A stretch of DNA of 47,353 nt. Source: Promethearchaeota archaeon (GTDB taxonomy: Archaea; Asgardarchaeota; Lokiarchaeia; Sigyniarchaeales; SOKP01). This document shows, piece by piece, positions 29,684-39,566 of this stretch. A program made the translations under genes and the position numbers. The stretch covers positions 1 to 47,353 of the forward strand of contig JAEOTZ010000025.1 in NCBI GenBank assembly GCA_016839585.1. Reading direction: 5' to 3'. The notes under the pieces were generated by a model. It ran no database searches, had not been told where the DNA came from, and worked only from the letters and a program-made list of their open reading frames with translations. How positions within the stretch are numbered: position 1 is the first letter of the stretch; every line of letters begins with the position of its first letter.

Positions 29684-30274
29684 TTAAAACTCTAAAAAGC
29701 CGGGATCATCAAATATCTCCTCTATTTTCTTATCTTTCTTCAAAGTAAATTTACTTTCTTTAGAAGATTCATCATTTGCTTTCGAATCTCTTTTTAATCT
29801 TGTTTCTTTTTCTAACCTTTTATATTTTTCAGATTTTAAATTCCACTTTGAAATTTCATTCGGACTTGGATCATTGTCGTTCTTTAATAAACAGGCTCCT
29901 TTTGCAGTATATAGCTCTGACAATATTGAATAAGTACGTGTTAGATCACCCCATTTCTCTAATTTTTTCAGATGTTCAATACTCTTTTCTAACCTTTGGA
30001 TCTCTTCATCTGCATAATAAAGATCCAAAATTTCACCATAAACATCAATTGGTCTGTAAGCCTTAATAATCTTTATCTCTCCTGAAAGGGAGCATGTTAA
30101 ACATTTTACTTTAGCTAGTAATTCATTAAATGTAATAGAAATTGATATAGAGTTACAATTTGGACTTAAGAATTTACCTCGTTTCATTTTAACTCTGTTT
30201 AATTGTGATTCCATTTTATTTCTAAAGATACGCTTGCGGGCTGTAATTTCATTATTCTTTTTCTTTTCTTTCAA
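29684..30274 (-). CDS. Diverged Elf1 paralog (first Zn-ligand Cys replaced by Ser)
   Basis: KFLSPNC..VKCLTC..PIDVYGEILD-YADEE..RLEK..WG..YSILS..IEEIFDDPGFLEF aligns with 16075..16653. Confidence 0.85.
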   Translation of the reverse strand: MKEKKKNNEITARKRIFRNKMESQLNRVKMKRGKFLSPNCNSISISITFNELLAKVKCLTCSLSGEIKIIKAYRPIDVYGEILDLYYADEEIQRLEKSIEHLKKLEKWGDLTRTYSILSELYTAKGACLLKNDNDPSPNEISKWNLKSEKYKRLEKETRLKRDSKANDESSKESKFTLKKDKKIEEIFDDPGFLEF

Positions 30275-30307
30275 TATATTCTCTTTCTAATACTTAAATT
30301 TTTGTTA

Positions 30308-30607
30308 TTACCTTCTTATGTTTTTCGGGGATATACTTAGGAAGGTGGTTACTTTATTCGAAATATCTTTTTTTATAAGAATTATACACCCAATCCATTC
30401 GTAATCTTTAACGAAAGCTTGGGAATATAAATAATCACTTTAAACCGTCCCATGCTTATACCCATGTATAATCTTTATTATACGATCACCTTGATAATAT
30501 TTTTTTTTAAATTCTAATCTAATCTCTTTTTTTGCTTCATAGAGACTATATCCATGAAGATCAATTACGGCTAGGGAGTCTTGTTCAATATAAATACTTC
30601 TAATCTT
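30308..30607 (-). pseudogene. Smr-domain pseudogene
   Basis: Minus strand reads VIDLHGYSLYEAKKEI...IIKIIHGYKHGTV*SDYLYS..., with in-frame TAA at 30442-30440; paralog of 33949..34314. Confidence 0.85.
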
Positions 30608-30729
30608 TTAACAAAAATCACTGTCATAAATATATTGAGATAACACGACCACTGAGTTTACCTAATACATATAACTGTCCTAATTGTGGGACCTTTAAAA
30701 AAAACATTAATAACCAATTTAGTATTTAA
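30604..30729 (+). pseudogene. Zn-ribbon tail remnant of an Smr-Zn-ribbon gene
   Basis: NKNHCHKYIEITRPLSLPNTYNCPNCGTFKK versus STNYCYKCNRVMRPLKLSNTFVCPKCGAFKK in 33949..34314; no ATG start. Confidence 0.75.
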
Positions 30730-30832
30730 ATTCATGCTCCTTATTTCAAACAAAGTAAATGCAATAATAAATATTAAAGTATTTCAAAGTTTAAAAAAAT
30801 CAAATCACTAAAAAAAATCTAAACAATTTGAT

Positions 30833-31720
30833 ATGATAGATAACCAATCATTTAATCTTGAAAAAATAAAAGAATTAACAAATCCAATCAATGATTTGCA
30901 TGGGAAATCCCTTGAATTGGAGAAAATCTATGAAGAGTTCATAGAAAATTGTAAAGGATATCCTTTAGATAAACCTAGAAATATACATATCGACAATTTT
31001 CAAGAATTTTCGAAAAAAATAGATAAGTTTTATCATAAAATATTAGAAAATTCAAATAAGTGCCTAAATAAATTTATAGTATTAAAAGATAAATTGGAAA
31101 GAAAATATTATACTAATTTTGTCAAAAAACTAAGTAATTTAAAGATTAATTTATCTGATTTTATATACAGAATAGGAAAATCAACTATTAAAAATAAAAA
31201 AATTTGTAAAATAATCGAAAATCCTTCATTTACTTATTCAATTACACCAAATCAGTGGTTAGAATTAATAAATTCATTAAAAAAAAATTCAATTTTTCTA
31301 TCTACTGAGAATGATATTAAAAATTTTCTTGATTCCCAAGTAGAAGAATTAAATGAAATTGCTATAAAAATCAGCCCTCATGAGCAAGAAGAAAATGAAA
31401 TTAAACAGATATTTAATTATTCTGATGTAGAATATTTTAAATACTCCCGTGGGGAACTGGATAGAAGAAAAAGAAGAGAAAAAAGATTAAAGCTGAAAGA
31501 ATTAAAAGATAGACCTGCTAAAGAAATTCAGATGAGTCCGGAAATGTCAGAAAAGATTCAGATGTATAAAGAAAAATTAGAAAGTAGCTTTAAGGAGAAA
31601 TATCTCATTCAAAAGGATGATTCAACTGATCCATTAGATTTAATAAGAGAAAGAAAGAAAACTAAAGAAAGAGAATATAAATCCCATATTCAAAAATTTA
31701 AAAGTAATGATAAGGAGTGA
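30833..31720 (+). CDS. Hypothetical helical protein with charged C-terminus
   Basis: 295-aa ORF directly upstream of the SMC-like gene. Confidence 0.75.
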   Translation: MIDNQSFNLEKIKELTNPINDLHGKSLELEKIYEEFIENCKGYPLDKPRNIHIDNFQEFSKKIDKFYHKILENSNKCLNKFIVLKDKLERKYYTNFVKKLSNLKINLSDFIYRIGKSTIKNKKICKIIENPSFTYSITPNQWLELINSLKKNSIFLSTENDIKNFLDSQVEELNEIAIKISPHEQEENEIKQIFNYSDVEYFKYSRGELDRRKRREKRLKLKELKDRPAKEIQMSPEMSEKIQMYKEKLESSFKEKYLIQKDDSTDPLDLIRERKKTKEREYKSHIQKFKSNDKE

Positions 31721-31726
31721 TTTTAA

Positions 31727-33280
31727 ATTACAAAAATTTTATTAAACTTAGGAGATCACAATTTCTCAATCGACGACAGATTTACTCTGATAAAGGGTAA
31801 GTTTGAAAGAAATATTGTTAAATCCTTTCAAGGAGATAATATATTTGAAAATTTAGAAGAATTTGACTTTATATATTTAATTGATTTTATTAATATCATT
31901 CAATTCCAAGGAAATAAATATCAAAATATAGATAATTCACTAAAGTTGTTAGAATATTTAGGACAATATAATGAAATTACGAATTCTAATTTATCAGTTT
32001 TAAAAATCTTCTTAGATTTGCTAAAAAAGTTTAATTTAAGAATGAATTTTACTCGATTATTGAAGGAGAAAGTTCTTTTAAAAAAAATTTTAGATTTAAT
32101 TAAAGTTTTAAAAAATTCTGAAGAATTTTTAGAAAACTATAAAGAAATAAAAAAATTGGAAATAGACCTTAAATATAACAAAAAAAAATTAAATTTTCTC
32201 AATGAAGATTACACTAAAATAAAAAATCAAAATGATAATATAAAGAATGAGATTAGTAATTATAATTTGAATATTCAATCTCTTAATGAGAGAATTACAA
32301 GAAATCAAAAAGAAATTCACGGAATAATTAATGGTATAAACAGTGAATTCACTTTCGATAAAGAAGAGACTTCAAAATCTGGAAGGATTCTAATGCTTCA
32401 AGGTCAGATAAGGAATTTTAATTATGAAATTAAACAAAACCGTTCCAAACTTGATGAACTTCAAACTCAAATTGATAAAATTACACCTAAATTAGAAATT
32501 TTGAAAAAAGATTATAAAATTTTAAATAATTTAATAGAAAATATTAGCAATCAAATGGTTAAAAATAAATCAGAAGTGATCTCAAAGCTAAATGATGAGT
32601 TTAATGAAAGTTTATTGAAATTTGAGTGGTCAAAAACTTCAGATGATATAAAAAAAGATCTTAAAACTATAAACAATAAAATAGAAAGTATTTCCGAAAC
32701 ACTTAACTTAAATTTAAGTCAAGATCAGTTAGGCTTAACAAATTTTATCGAAGATATAAATAAAATTGAAGAAATATTGTTTAATGAACAAGATGAGCTC
32801 AAAATATCATACTCAGATGAAGAAATAAAAGAAGTGATAAATAGTTTCAGAGAACTAGAAAATTTAATTAAAAACCTCGAAGAAATTATCAATAAGTTCC
32901 TAATTCAGATTAATCTAAAATGCTCTTTTAATATCATTACAAATGAGGATGACACCCGCTTTAAAATTCAATTAAACTTTATTCGTACAAAAGATACAGT
33001 TAATTTTACTGAATTAACAACACCCAAAAAGATATTTTTTGTAATAACCTTTTACTTATCTATTAAAATCCTCTTAAATAACTATAATATTATCTTTTCC
33101 AATATTTTTCTCCCTGATGAATATAATAAAAGAGGATCTGTTTATCGAACTATTAAGAAAGTATTACCGGTATTTAAGACTGATAATGAACTCAAAAATT
33201 TTAATCTTATATTTATCATTTCCAACTTAGAAATGAAAAAACCAATTGAAAATATAAAAATCATAAACATTGATGAATAG
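31727..33280 (+). CDS. Degenerate SMC-like coiled-coil protein (ATPase motifs eroded); probable ATT start
   Basis: Frame is open from ATT 31727 after AGGAGTGA; FTLIKGKF in the Walker A position, long coiled coil, ELTTPKKIFF in the LSGGEK position, IIFSN in the Walker B position. Confidence 0.65.
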   Translation: MTKILLNLGDHNFSIDDRFTLIKGKFERNIVKSFQGDNIFENLEEFDFIYLIDFINIIQFQGNKYQNIDNSLKLLEYLGQYNEITNSNLSVLKIFLDLLKKFNLRMNFTRLLKEKVLLKKILDLIKVLKNSEEFLENYKEIKKLEIDLKYNKKKLNFLNEDYTKIKNQNDNIKNEISNYNLNIQSLNERITRNQKEIHGIINGINSEFTFDKEETSKSGRILMLQGQIRNFNYEIKQNRSKLDELQTQIDKITPKLEILKKDYKILNNLIENISNQMVKNKSEVISKLNDEFNESLLKFEWSKTSDDIKKDLKTINNKIESISETLNLNLSQDQLGLTNFIEDINKIEEILFNEQDELKISYSDEEIKEVINSFRELENLIKNLEEIINKFLIQINLKCSFNIITNEDDTRFKIQLNFIRTKDTVNFTELTTPKKIFFVITFYLSIKILLNNYNIIFSNIFLPDEYNKRGSVYRTIKKVLPVFKTDNELKNFNLIFIISNLEMKKPIENIKIINIDE

Positions 33281-33283
33281 AAA

Positions 33284-33781
33284 ATGGATAATAATAATTT
33301 TAAAGAAACCACAAGAAAAATTGCTCGTTTAATATTAAATAGTCAACAAAAAATGATTAGGAAGGAAGATCTGAAGAATGTATGTGGTTCTTTGGATTTC
33401 GAAAAAGTTTTCAGAGAAGTTGAGGAAAACTTATCCAAATTAGGTTTCGACTTATTTTCTACAAGTTTTATAGGGCAGGAGTATTATGTTCTAACTTCTG
33501 AAGGTAAGGATGATAATATAACCCCCTCTCAGTATGGAATCTTGGCCTTAATAATAACATTAAGTAAAGAAGTCGATGAAAATATAAAAATTAAAGATTT
33601 AAAAGAAATATTTGCTGAAGTTTGGGATACCGATGCTCAATTTCTAATTCATAGCGACTATTTAAGAATTTTTGATGAATTTGGAATAATTAAAGTCACA
33701 CCTTTAGGAAAAGCTACAATGAAAAATATCATAAAAGATTTACAATTGAAAAATTTACTTAATATATTCGAAAATGAATGA
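33284..33781 (+). CDS. Tandem winged-helix KITE-like protein (Nse3/MAGE, Nse1, ScpB-like)
   Basis: IARLIL..MIRKEDL..FEKVFREVEENLSKLGFDL..YYVL then QYGILALII..L..LIHSDYL..IKVTPLG. Confidence 0.65.
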   Translation: MDNNNFKETTRKIARLILNSQQKMIRKEDLKNVCGSLDFEKVFREVEENLSKLGFDLFSTSFIGQEYYVLTSEGKDDNITPSQYGILALIITLSKEVDENIKIKDLKEIFAEVWDTDAQFLIHSDYLRIFDEFGIIKVTPLGKATMKNIIKDLQLKNLLNIFENE

Positions 33782-33948
33782 TTTCTATAAAATTCTTTAT
33801 ATCTTGGTATCTACTTAATTATTTCTACTTGTTGTTGATAAGACAACAAGTTTCTTTAAAACTTATATAAAAAAGATTTTATTTTCATTAGATTCATAAT
33901 TTATTTCATATATTTTTTATGTAATAATCATTTGATATATAGAAATTT

Positions 33949-34314
33949 ATGAGAATAGATTTACACGGTTATTCTTTAGATGATGCATTGGATGAAATAA
34001 TGTATAAACTTGATGAATGTAAAGAAGTACAAGATTCTATACTAGAAATAATTCACGGATATAAGCATGGTTCAAAAATAAGAGAATATATTCGATCTAA
34101 TAAGTTTTTAAATATAACGATCCAAAAAGGATTTGTTTTGAGAATTAAAAAACTCCCTGATCCAGGAATAACGATAATAGAATTGAGTGGGGCAAAGAGT
34201 CAAAAAAATAGGCTTTCTACCAATTACTGTTATAAATGTAATAGAGTTATGCGCCCTCTTAAATTATCTAATACTTTTGTATGTCCGAAATGCGGAGCAT
34301 TCAAAAAAATATAA
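33949..34314 (+). CDS. Smr domain protein with C-terminal Zn ribbon
   Basis: RIDLHG, IIHGYKHG, DPGIT; CYKC..CPKCG. Confidence 0.9.
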   Translation: MRIDLHGYSLDDALDEIMYKLDECKEVQDSILEIIHGYKHGSKIREYIRSNKFLNITIQKGFVLRIKKLPDPGITIIELSGAKSQKNRLSTNYCYKCNRVMRPLKLSNTFVCPKCGAFKKI

Positions 34315-34332
34315 AAAGATGATTTTAAAATT

Positions 34333-34761
34333 TTATTCCTCATTAGGAATTTCCAGATCCATTTTAAATTGCTCGAAGATTTTTTTAACTCTCTCTGCCG
34401 AAGGGCCAGTACCTCTTACTTCATTTTCATCAACGATTATCTTTCCATTTAGAATTGAAATTATGTTCTGATCTTCAATATAATTCACATGTCCTTTTGA
34501 AAAAATTGTAGCAATTCTATCTGCCAATGCTTTCATAGGGAAAGGTTCTTCTTCTAAACTTACAAAATTATAAAATGAATTTCTTATAAATATCTTTGGA
34601 AAGGGTTTATTTTTTTCATTTTTAGCATTGATAAGGATAAGGTTTGAATCTTCAGAAATTCCTTTTAATTGACCGACAAAGAATTTGTCTTTATCAAGAT
34701 ATACTTTTACAATCTTATCTATTAATGATCCTAATTCTGTATTATATTGTCTAATTGCCAT
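34333..34761 (-). CDS. Augmented Sm-like archaeal protein (SmAP3 type)
   Basis: Sm1 LIDKIVKV..GQLKG..NLIL.NA, Sm2 IFIR, C-terminal domain ending GTGPSAERVKKIFEQF. Confidence 0.85.
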   Translation of the reverse strand: MAIRQYNTELGSLIDKIVKVYLDKDKFFVGQLKGISEDSNLILINAKNEKNKPFPKIFIRNSFYNFVSLEEEPFPMKALADRIATIFSKGHVNYIEDQNIISILNGKIIVDENEVRGTGPSAERVKKIFEQFKMDLEIPNEE

Positions 34762-34825
34762 TTTACATCAGAACTTTTTTCTTTAATAATATTATTATTT
34801 TCTTTTGTTTTTATTCTTAATTCTA

Positions 34826-35029
34826 TTAATCTAAAATTACATTTATAAGTTCAGAAATGTTCTCACCAGTTGTAGCACTTGTAGTAAAAATTTTGAGATT
34901 TGGATTAATTTTTAATCCATCCTCTATCATCTCTTCAACATTTACGTCCATTACATCTTTTAAATCAATTTTATTTATGACTGCTATATCAGAAAACTTA
35001 AATAACATTGGATGTTTGCGAACAACCCA
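34826..35029 (-). pseudogene. Orphan 3' fragment of a hypB homolog
   Basis: WVVRKHPMLFKFSDIAVINKIDL...SATTGEN is about 44/67 aa identical (hand count) to the end of 39567..40223; no Walker A region upstream. Confidence 0.85.
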
Positions 35030-35751
35030 AGGATGATTCATTTTACTTTATATACTATGTTCTTTTATAAATAGTTTATATTACTATTAATAATCTTTTG
35101 GAGGAAAATTAAATAATCTATTAAACCTTTTTTGATACTTGATTAGGACACGTTTTCTTCACATTTCAAATATAACTTCTTCATAATTAGCAAATTTAAT
35201 TTATTTAAAAATTCAATTGTCTCAAGGATACTAATTTGAAACTTTATATAAATATGAATAAAAAAAAACTAATATTTTACATCAAGATAAACAATGTAAA
35301 ATAATTTTGTAGTTAAATTCCACCCATTCATATTGTTGATGTTCGAGAAATTTATTCTTCTTCATAAAAAAATTATATATTTTCTCACACTTTTTATAGC
35401 TCTTTATTTACACCTTTTTAAGAATAAACAATACTTTTTAAGGGTATAAATCTAATTCAAAAGAGCTTTTTATATTTTAATGGATTAATGGATGCATTTT
35501 TAAGCAAATTCATTGGAAAAAGCATATTGAGTTTTTATATGTAAACTAACAAAAATCATTTGCAAAGTCAAACCTTTATACATTATTCAGATATTAGATC
35601 TAAGAAATGTAGAACCGAACACACAAAAAGATGAGCCTTCAGGACAAATAAACAAAGATTTAAGAATAGCGGCGTATAATTGATATAGATTAATTTTATT
35701 ATCATTTGAAAAATTTCTTGAGGATCAGTCTAGATTAAAGGAAAAGATTTT

Positions 35752-36756
35752 TTAGGATTGAATTTTATCTAAATAACTTTCTAAATCATTAAAATTTGAT
35801 TTTGTTAATAAAATTGTATTATATAATTTATCTAAATTTTTTTTCTTTGCGATTGAAATAAAAAATCTTTCTCCAACAACATAATCACAATAAGGTATAG
35901 CAAAGGATAGACTGGCAATATCATAAATATCATTTTTTTGGATTGGACGATTTGGAATTCTATCCCGTTCACTAGTCAGACAAAAAAAAGTATATAATAT
36001 AGGTAATTCTTTAAAAAGTTTCATTATTTGTTTGAATGTAATACCTTGAGGAATTATCGCAGATGGAGGAAATCGATATTCTACACATAATTCTGCCAAA
36101 ACAGGGTTAATTATTTGCATTATATATTTAGCTATTCGAACTTTATGCCGATAATTTTTATCCTTAATCTTATACTCATCATTTCTAATTGTTTCTATCT
36201 CATTAACCATAGAATCAAATAATTTTTCATTTTTATTGTTAAAAAAAATAGATCTATGGTTTAGCATTAAGTCTAATATTGCTTCTGGAGTAGATTGGGT
36301 TCTCACTAAATGTTCATTCATCAATTGTAAAATAGAATCATCTAATTTATCAGATGTTAATCTGGGTGGAATTCCTTCAGCTATCAAAAAATGAGTTCCT
36401 TGACCAATTGCCTGCTCTTGAATATTAAGTTCAGAAAGCCCAAATATTTTTCTTATTAAATTTATTATTTCTACTTCAGTTAAATATACAAATTGTATAA
36501 AACAATATCCCTTAGAAATAGAAATCATAAATTTAGCTAACCTTTCTCTTTTTCCACTATCGGAGGCTTTATATAATTCCACCACGTTAGTTACATTTAT
36601 AGGAACAATAAGTTTATTATCATCAACAAGTCTTTTAATTTTTTCTAATATACGAACAAGATTTTTATCATTATTTATTCCGTAATGTACTTGTCCTAAA
36701 TAAATCCATATATTTTGATCTAAATATAGATATTTTGGCGGATTATGAGCATTCAT
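35752..36756 (-). CDS. PIN-like-domain protein
   Basis: YLYLDQNIW, NVVEL, NDIYDIASLSFAIPYCDYVVGER acidic pattern. Confidence 0.6.
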   Translation of the reverse strand: MNAHNPPKYLYLDQNIWIYLGQVHYGINNDKNLVRILEKIKRLVDDNKLIVPINVTNVVELYKASDSGKRERLAKFMISISKGYCFIQFVYLTEVEIINLIRKIFGLSELNIQEQAIGQGTHFLIAEGIPPRLTSDKLDDSILQLMNEHLVRTQSTPEAILDLMLNHRSIFFNNKNEKLFDSMVNEIETIRNDEYKIKDKNYRHKVRIAKYIMQIINPVLAELCVEYRFPPSAIIPQGITFKQIMKLFKELPILYTFFCLTSERDRIPNRPIQKNDIYDIASLSFAIPYCDYVVGERFFISIAKKKNLDKLYNTILLTKSNFNDLESYLDKIQS

Positions 36757-37003
36757 CGATTTTCAAATTAATAGTACTTTTCTTTAAATCATTTCAAATT
36801 ATTATACAATTATTATACAATTCTTTTAAATATATTTTAGCAAAGAAAATAATATAGTAGCATTAAAATACTTTGAACACTATTCGGAAAGAAAATAATT
36901 TTTCAAAAATGATAGGAATTAATGAAAAAGCATTGCATCTTGCTCTTCTTTTTGGATATCGTCCTAAAGCATTCATAGAAGAATTAAAAAAAATCTAATT
37001 TTT

Positions 37004-37477
37004 TTGACCATTATTCCTTTTTTTAAAATTCAAGTAGTTTTAAAAGATTATACAAGACAGAAAAATATGAGGCGTTTTAAAGCATATGAAGAATTATATA
37101 ACCTCCGAAATAAAATTCTTAATTTAAGAAATGAAATATTAGAAAAAGAAGCTCTAACACTTAGAGGTTGGAATAATAAATGTATAACTCTACTTAAAAA
37201 TTGCTTATCTTTATGTAATATTATGGAAACACATTCTTTTTTAATCCCTGACTCTTCAAAATTCTCAAATGAATTCACAGCTCTATTCAATAATATTCTT
37301 TTATTATAAACAAAAATTCTTGTAGAAGTTGATAAGCAAACACATCATAGAAGAGATTCTCCAAATGAAAACATTAATAATAAAAATTCAATAGAAGATC
37401 GTCTAATTATTATCAAATCAGGCTTTAAAGAAGCTTATTTAAATTTAATAAAATCTATTGAGAATGTAATAAATTAA
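37004..37477 (+). pseudogene. Interrupted hypothetical helical protein
   Basis: The frame continues 55 codons past the TAA at 37307-37309. Confidence 0.4.
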
Positions 37478-37726
37478 ATACCTCTGGATACAGATCTGCT
37501 TAAATTAGAGTAATTATATCCAAGGTAAAAGTCAAACACAAAATAAAGTCTATCAGAAGATCAATTTCTGTAAATTCACAACTAACCTAACTCTTTTCAT
37601 ACCCGAAATCAGCTCTTACCAGTTATGCCCCATCAAGATATGAAATCATTAAGGAATACATTAAAAATGTTGCTAAATTTGTAATAATAACAGAATTTAG
37701 TGAAATGAAAAATGAAGGGATAATAA

Positions 37727-37942
37727 TTGTCTATAAAACGTGAAATTAGGAAAATCTTTAAAATAAGTAATAATATAGCAGTAGTAATACCTCCAAATAT
37801 CGCAAACGAATTTGAAATTAAAGAAGGTGATTATGTTTCAATAAAACTAGAAAAAGATAAACTTATTTTAAAGAAAAATAAAGTAAATTCCAATATTATT
37901 ATAATTCAAAACTCACTATTGATGTATTTATATGATGGATGA
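37727..37942 (+). CDS. AbrB/MazE/SpoVT-family DNA-binding protein
   Basis: RKIFKISNNIAVVIPPNIANEFEIKEGDYVSI..LILKK. Confidence 0.85.
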   Translation: MSIKREIRKIFKISNNIAVVIPPNIANEFEIKEGDYVSIKLEKDKLILKKNKVNSNIIIIQNSLLMYLYDG

Positions 37943-38600
37943 AATAATATTACCTAGAGATAATGTCTTTATTTGGCTCGGCTCGTTTGATAATAGTCAA
38001 GTAAATAATGTGTTAATTTTAGCCGGAGGTGAGGTTTTAATTTTAAAAGCCATAAGAAGGTTTGATTTGAACCAAGATCAAATTCGAAATGATCTTGAAA
38101 AAGAGACTATAGACGCTTTTATAGAGAAATACGATCTTATTGATGATATCTCGATTATAACTGAGTTTGTGGTAGATTTAAAAAATAATAAAGAGGATTA
38201 TAAAAGAAAAATAAAAAGTATTGTTGAAGATCTGAAAAAAGGAGTCAAAAATAAGAAATATCCTCCATTTACTGGAGTTTTACAGAATCTATATTTAGAT
38301 GATTTTTATCAGCTAACTAGACAGTATTTGAGAAAATTTTGCAAATCGCCGCCTTCTGAGCATTTAATTAAAGAACTAATGGAAATTCGTGATGAATGTG
38401 GAGGAAAAATTCAAGAAATTTATAAAACACAGCTAAAAGAAGAGGAGGCTAAAATAAATAAATTAAAGAAAACTATTGTAACTTCAAACTTTAATAAATT
38501 ACTGGAAATTAAAAGAGAAATAGACAAGATGGTAGATAATCTTCAAAATAAAATTCATTCTGCTTTAGGATTTGTTGAAAAATATAAAGAATTATTATAA
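37932..38600 (+). CDS. Hypothetical protein overlapping the AbrB gene
   Basis: 222-aa ORF, helical C-terminus. Confidence 0.7.
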   Translation: MMDEIILPRDNVFIWLGSFDNSQVNNVLILAGGEVLILKAIRRFDLNQDQIRNDLEKETIDAFIEKYDLIDDISIITEFVVDLKNNKEDYKRKIKSIVEDLKKGVKNKKYPPFTGVLQNLYLDDFYQLTRQYLRKFCKSPPSEHLIKELMEIRDECGGKIQEIYKTQLKEEEAKINKLKKTIVTSNFNKLLEIKREIDKMVDNLQNKIHSALGFVEKYKELL

Positions 38601-38789
38601 AAAGAATTATATTGCTATTAACTTAAAAACAATTTGCGTAAAAAATAAATTCTCTAAATGAAATTTTCTTTCTCTCTTTTATGAGATTAAAATTCTGGTT
38701 CTTCCATATACCATTACTATAATAATAAATAAATAAATAAAAATTTAATTTTGAATCATTAGTATAAGCACTTATTCTGATGTTGATTA

Positions 38790-39032
38790 TTGAATTATTT
38801 AAAGGATCAAGAAGTATTTTTTTATTCTAGAGGAATTAACCACCTTATCAAAAGAAATCGAGCTACAGTATTAAGTACTATAAATACTATCAGTCATCTT
38901 ATTTTATCACTGTTTTATTTTTTAATAGGAATAATCTCCGTTGATGTTTATTCTATTCATTTAGTTATTGGTATTATAATTATCATGTTAACTATTAGTA
39001 CAATAAGATTACTGAGATCAGAATATTTATAA
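38790..39032 (+). pseudogene. C-terminal fragment of an MFS-type transporter
   Basis: INHLIKRNRATVLS followed by two TM helices only. Confidence 0.5.
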
Positions 39033-39083
39033 GGGCGTTATTCAAATATTAAAAATTTAAGTATTATCCATTCCCTTTAAATT

Positions 39084-39326
39084 TTGGCGAAGACAATAGG
39101 TTTTATGAAATTTGTTAAAGGATATGTACTCATTGATAGACTTTTTCCTGATTTAGCATTTGATCCTCAATTTGAAAAAATCTTAAATAGCAAGGCCGTG
39201 AAATCGTTATTTGATACACGATATCTAAATAAATTTTTTGAAACGGGACAAATGATTCATAGTGAAACATATCTAGCTCCCGCTCATCTACTTGATGAAC
39301 TTTCAAAATCTTATGACTACGTATGA
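39084..39326 (+). pseudogene. Gene remnant, possibly a methyltransferase C-terminal part
   Basis: Short ORF followed by stop-riddled coding-like sequence. Confidence 0.25.
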
Positions 39327-39566
39327 CCTTCCTAGATTTGTCAGGGATGAAAAACATCTTCAACAAATGCTTGATGGAAAATTTTATTATAAAAGGTGAG
39401 ATGTGGATTTAAATCGGTCGTCACAGGGGTTACGTAATTGCGTAAACTTTTTTGAGACCCTCTTCAAAGAAGAAGGATTAGCAGCCCACAATTTAGAAAA
39501 CCTAACTGCTCTTAATTATACAGAAAATCAAAAAATATATAATATTATAAAAGAGATAATTATATC

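Noticed and set aside
36797-36822. Short tandem AATTATTATAC x2
   Set aside because: Low-complexity AT repeat expected by chance
16654-39566. Provirus or IS element
   Set aside because: No integrase, transposase, capsid or terminal repeats recognised
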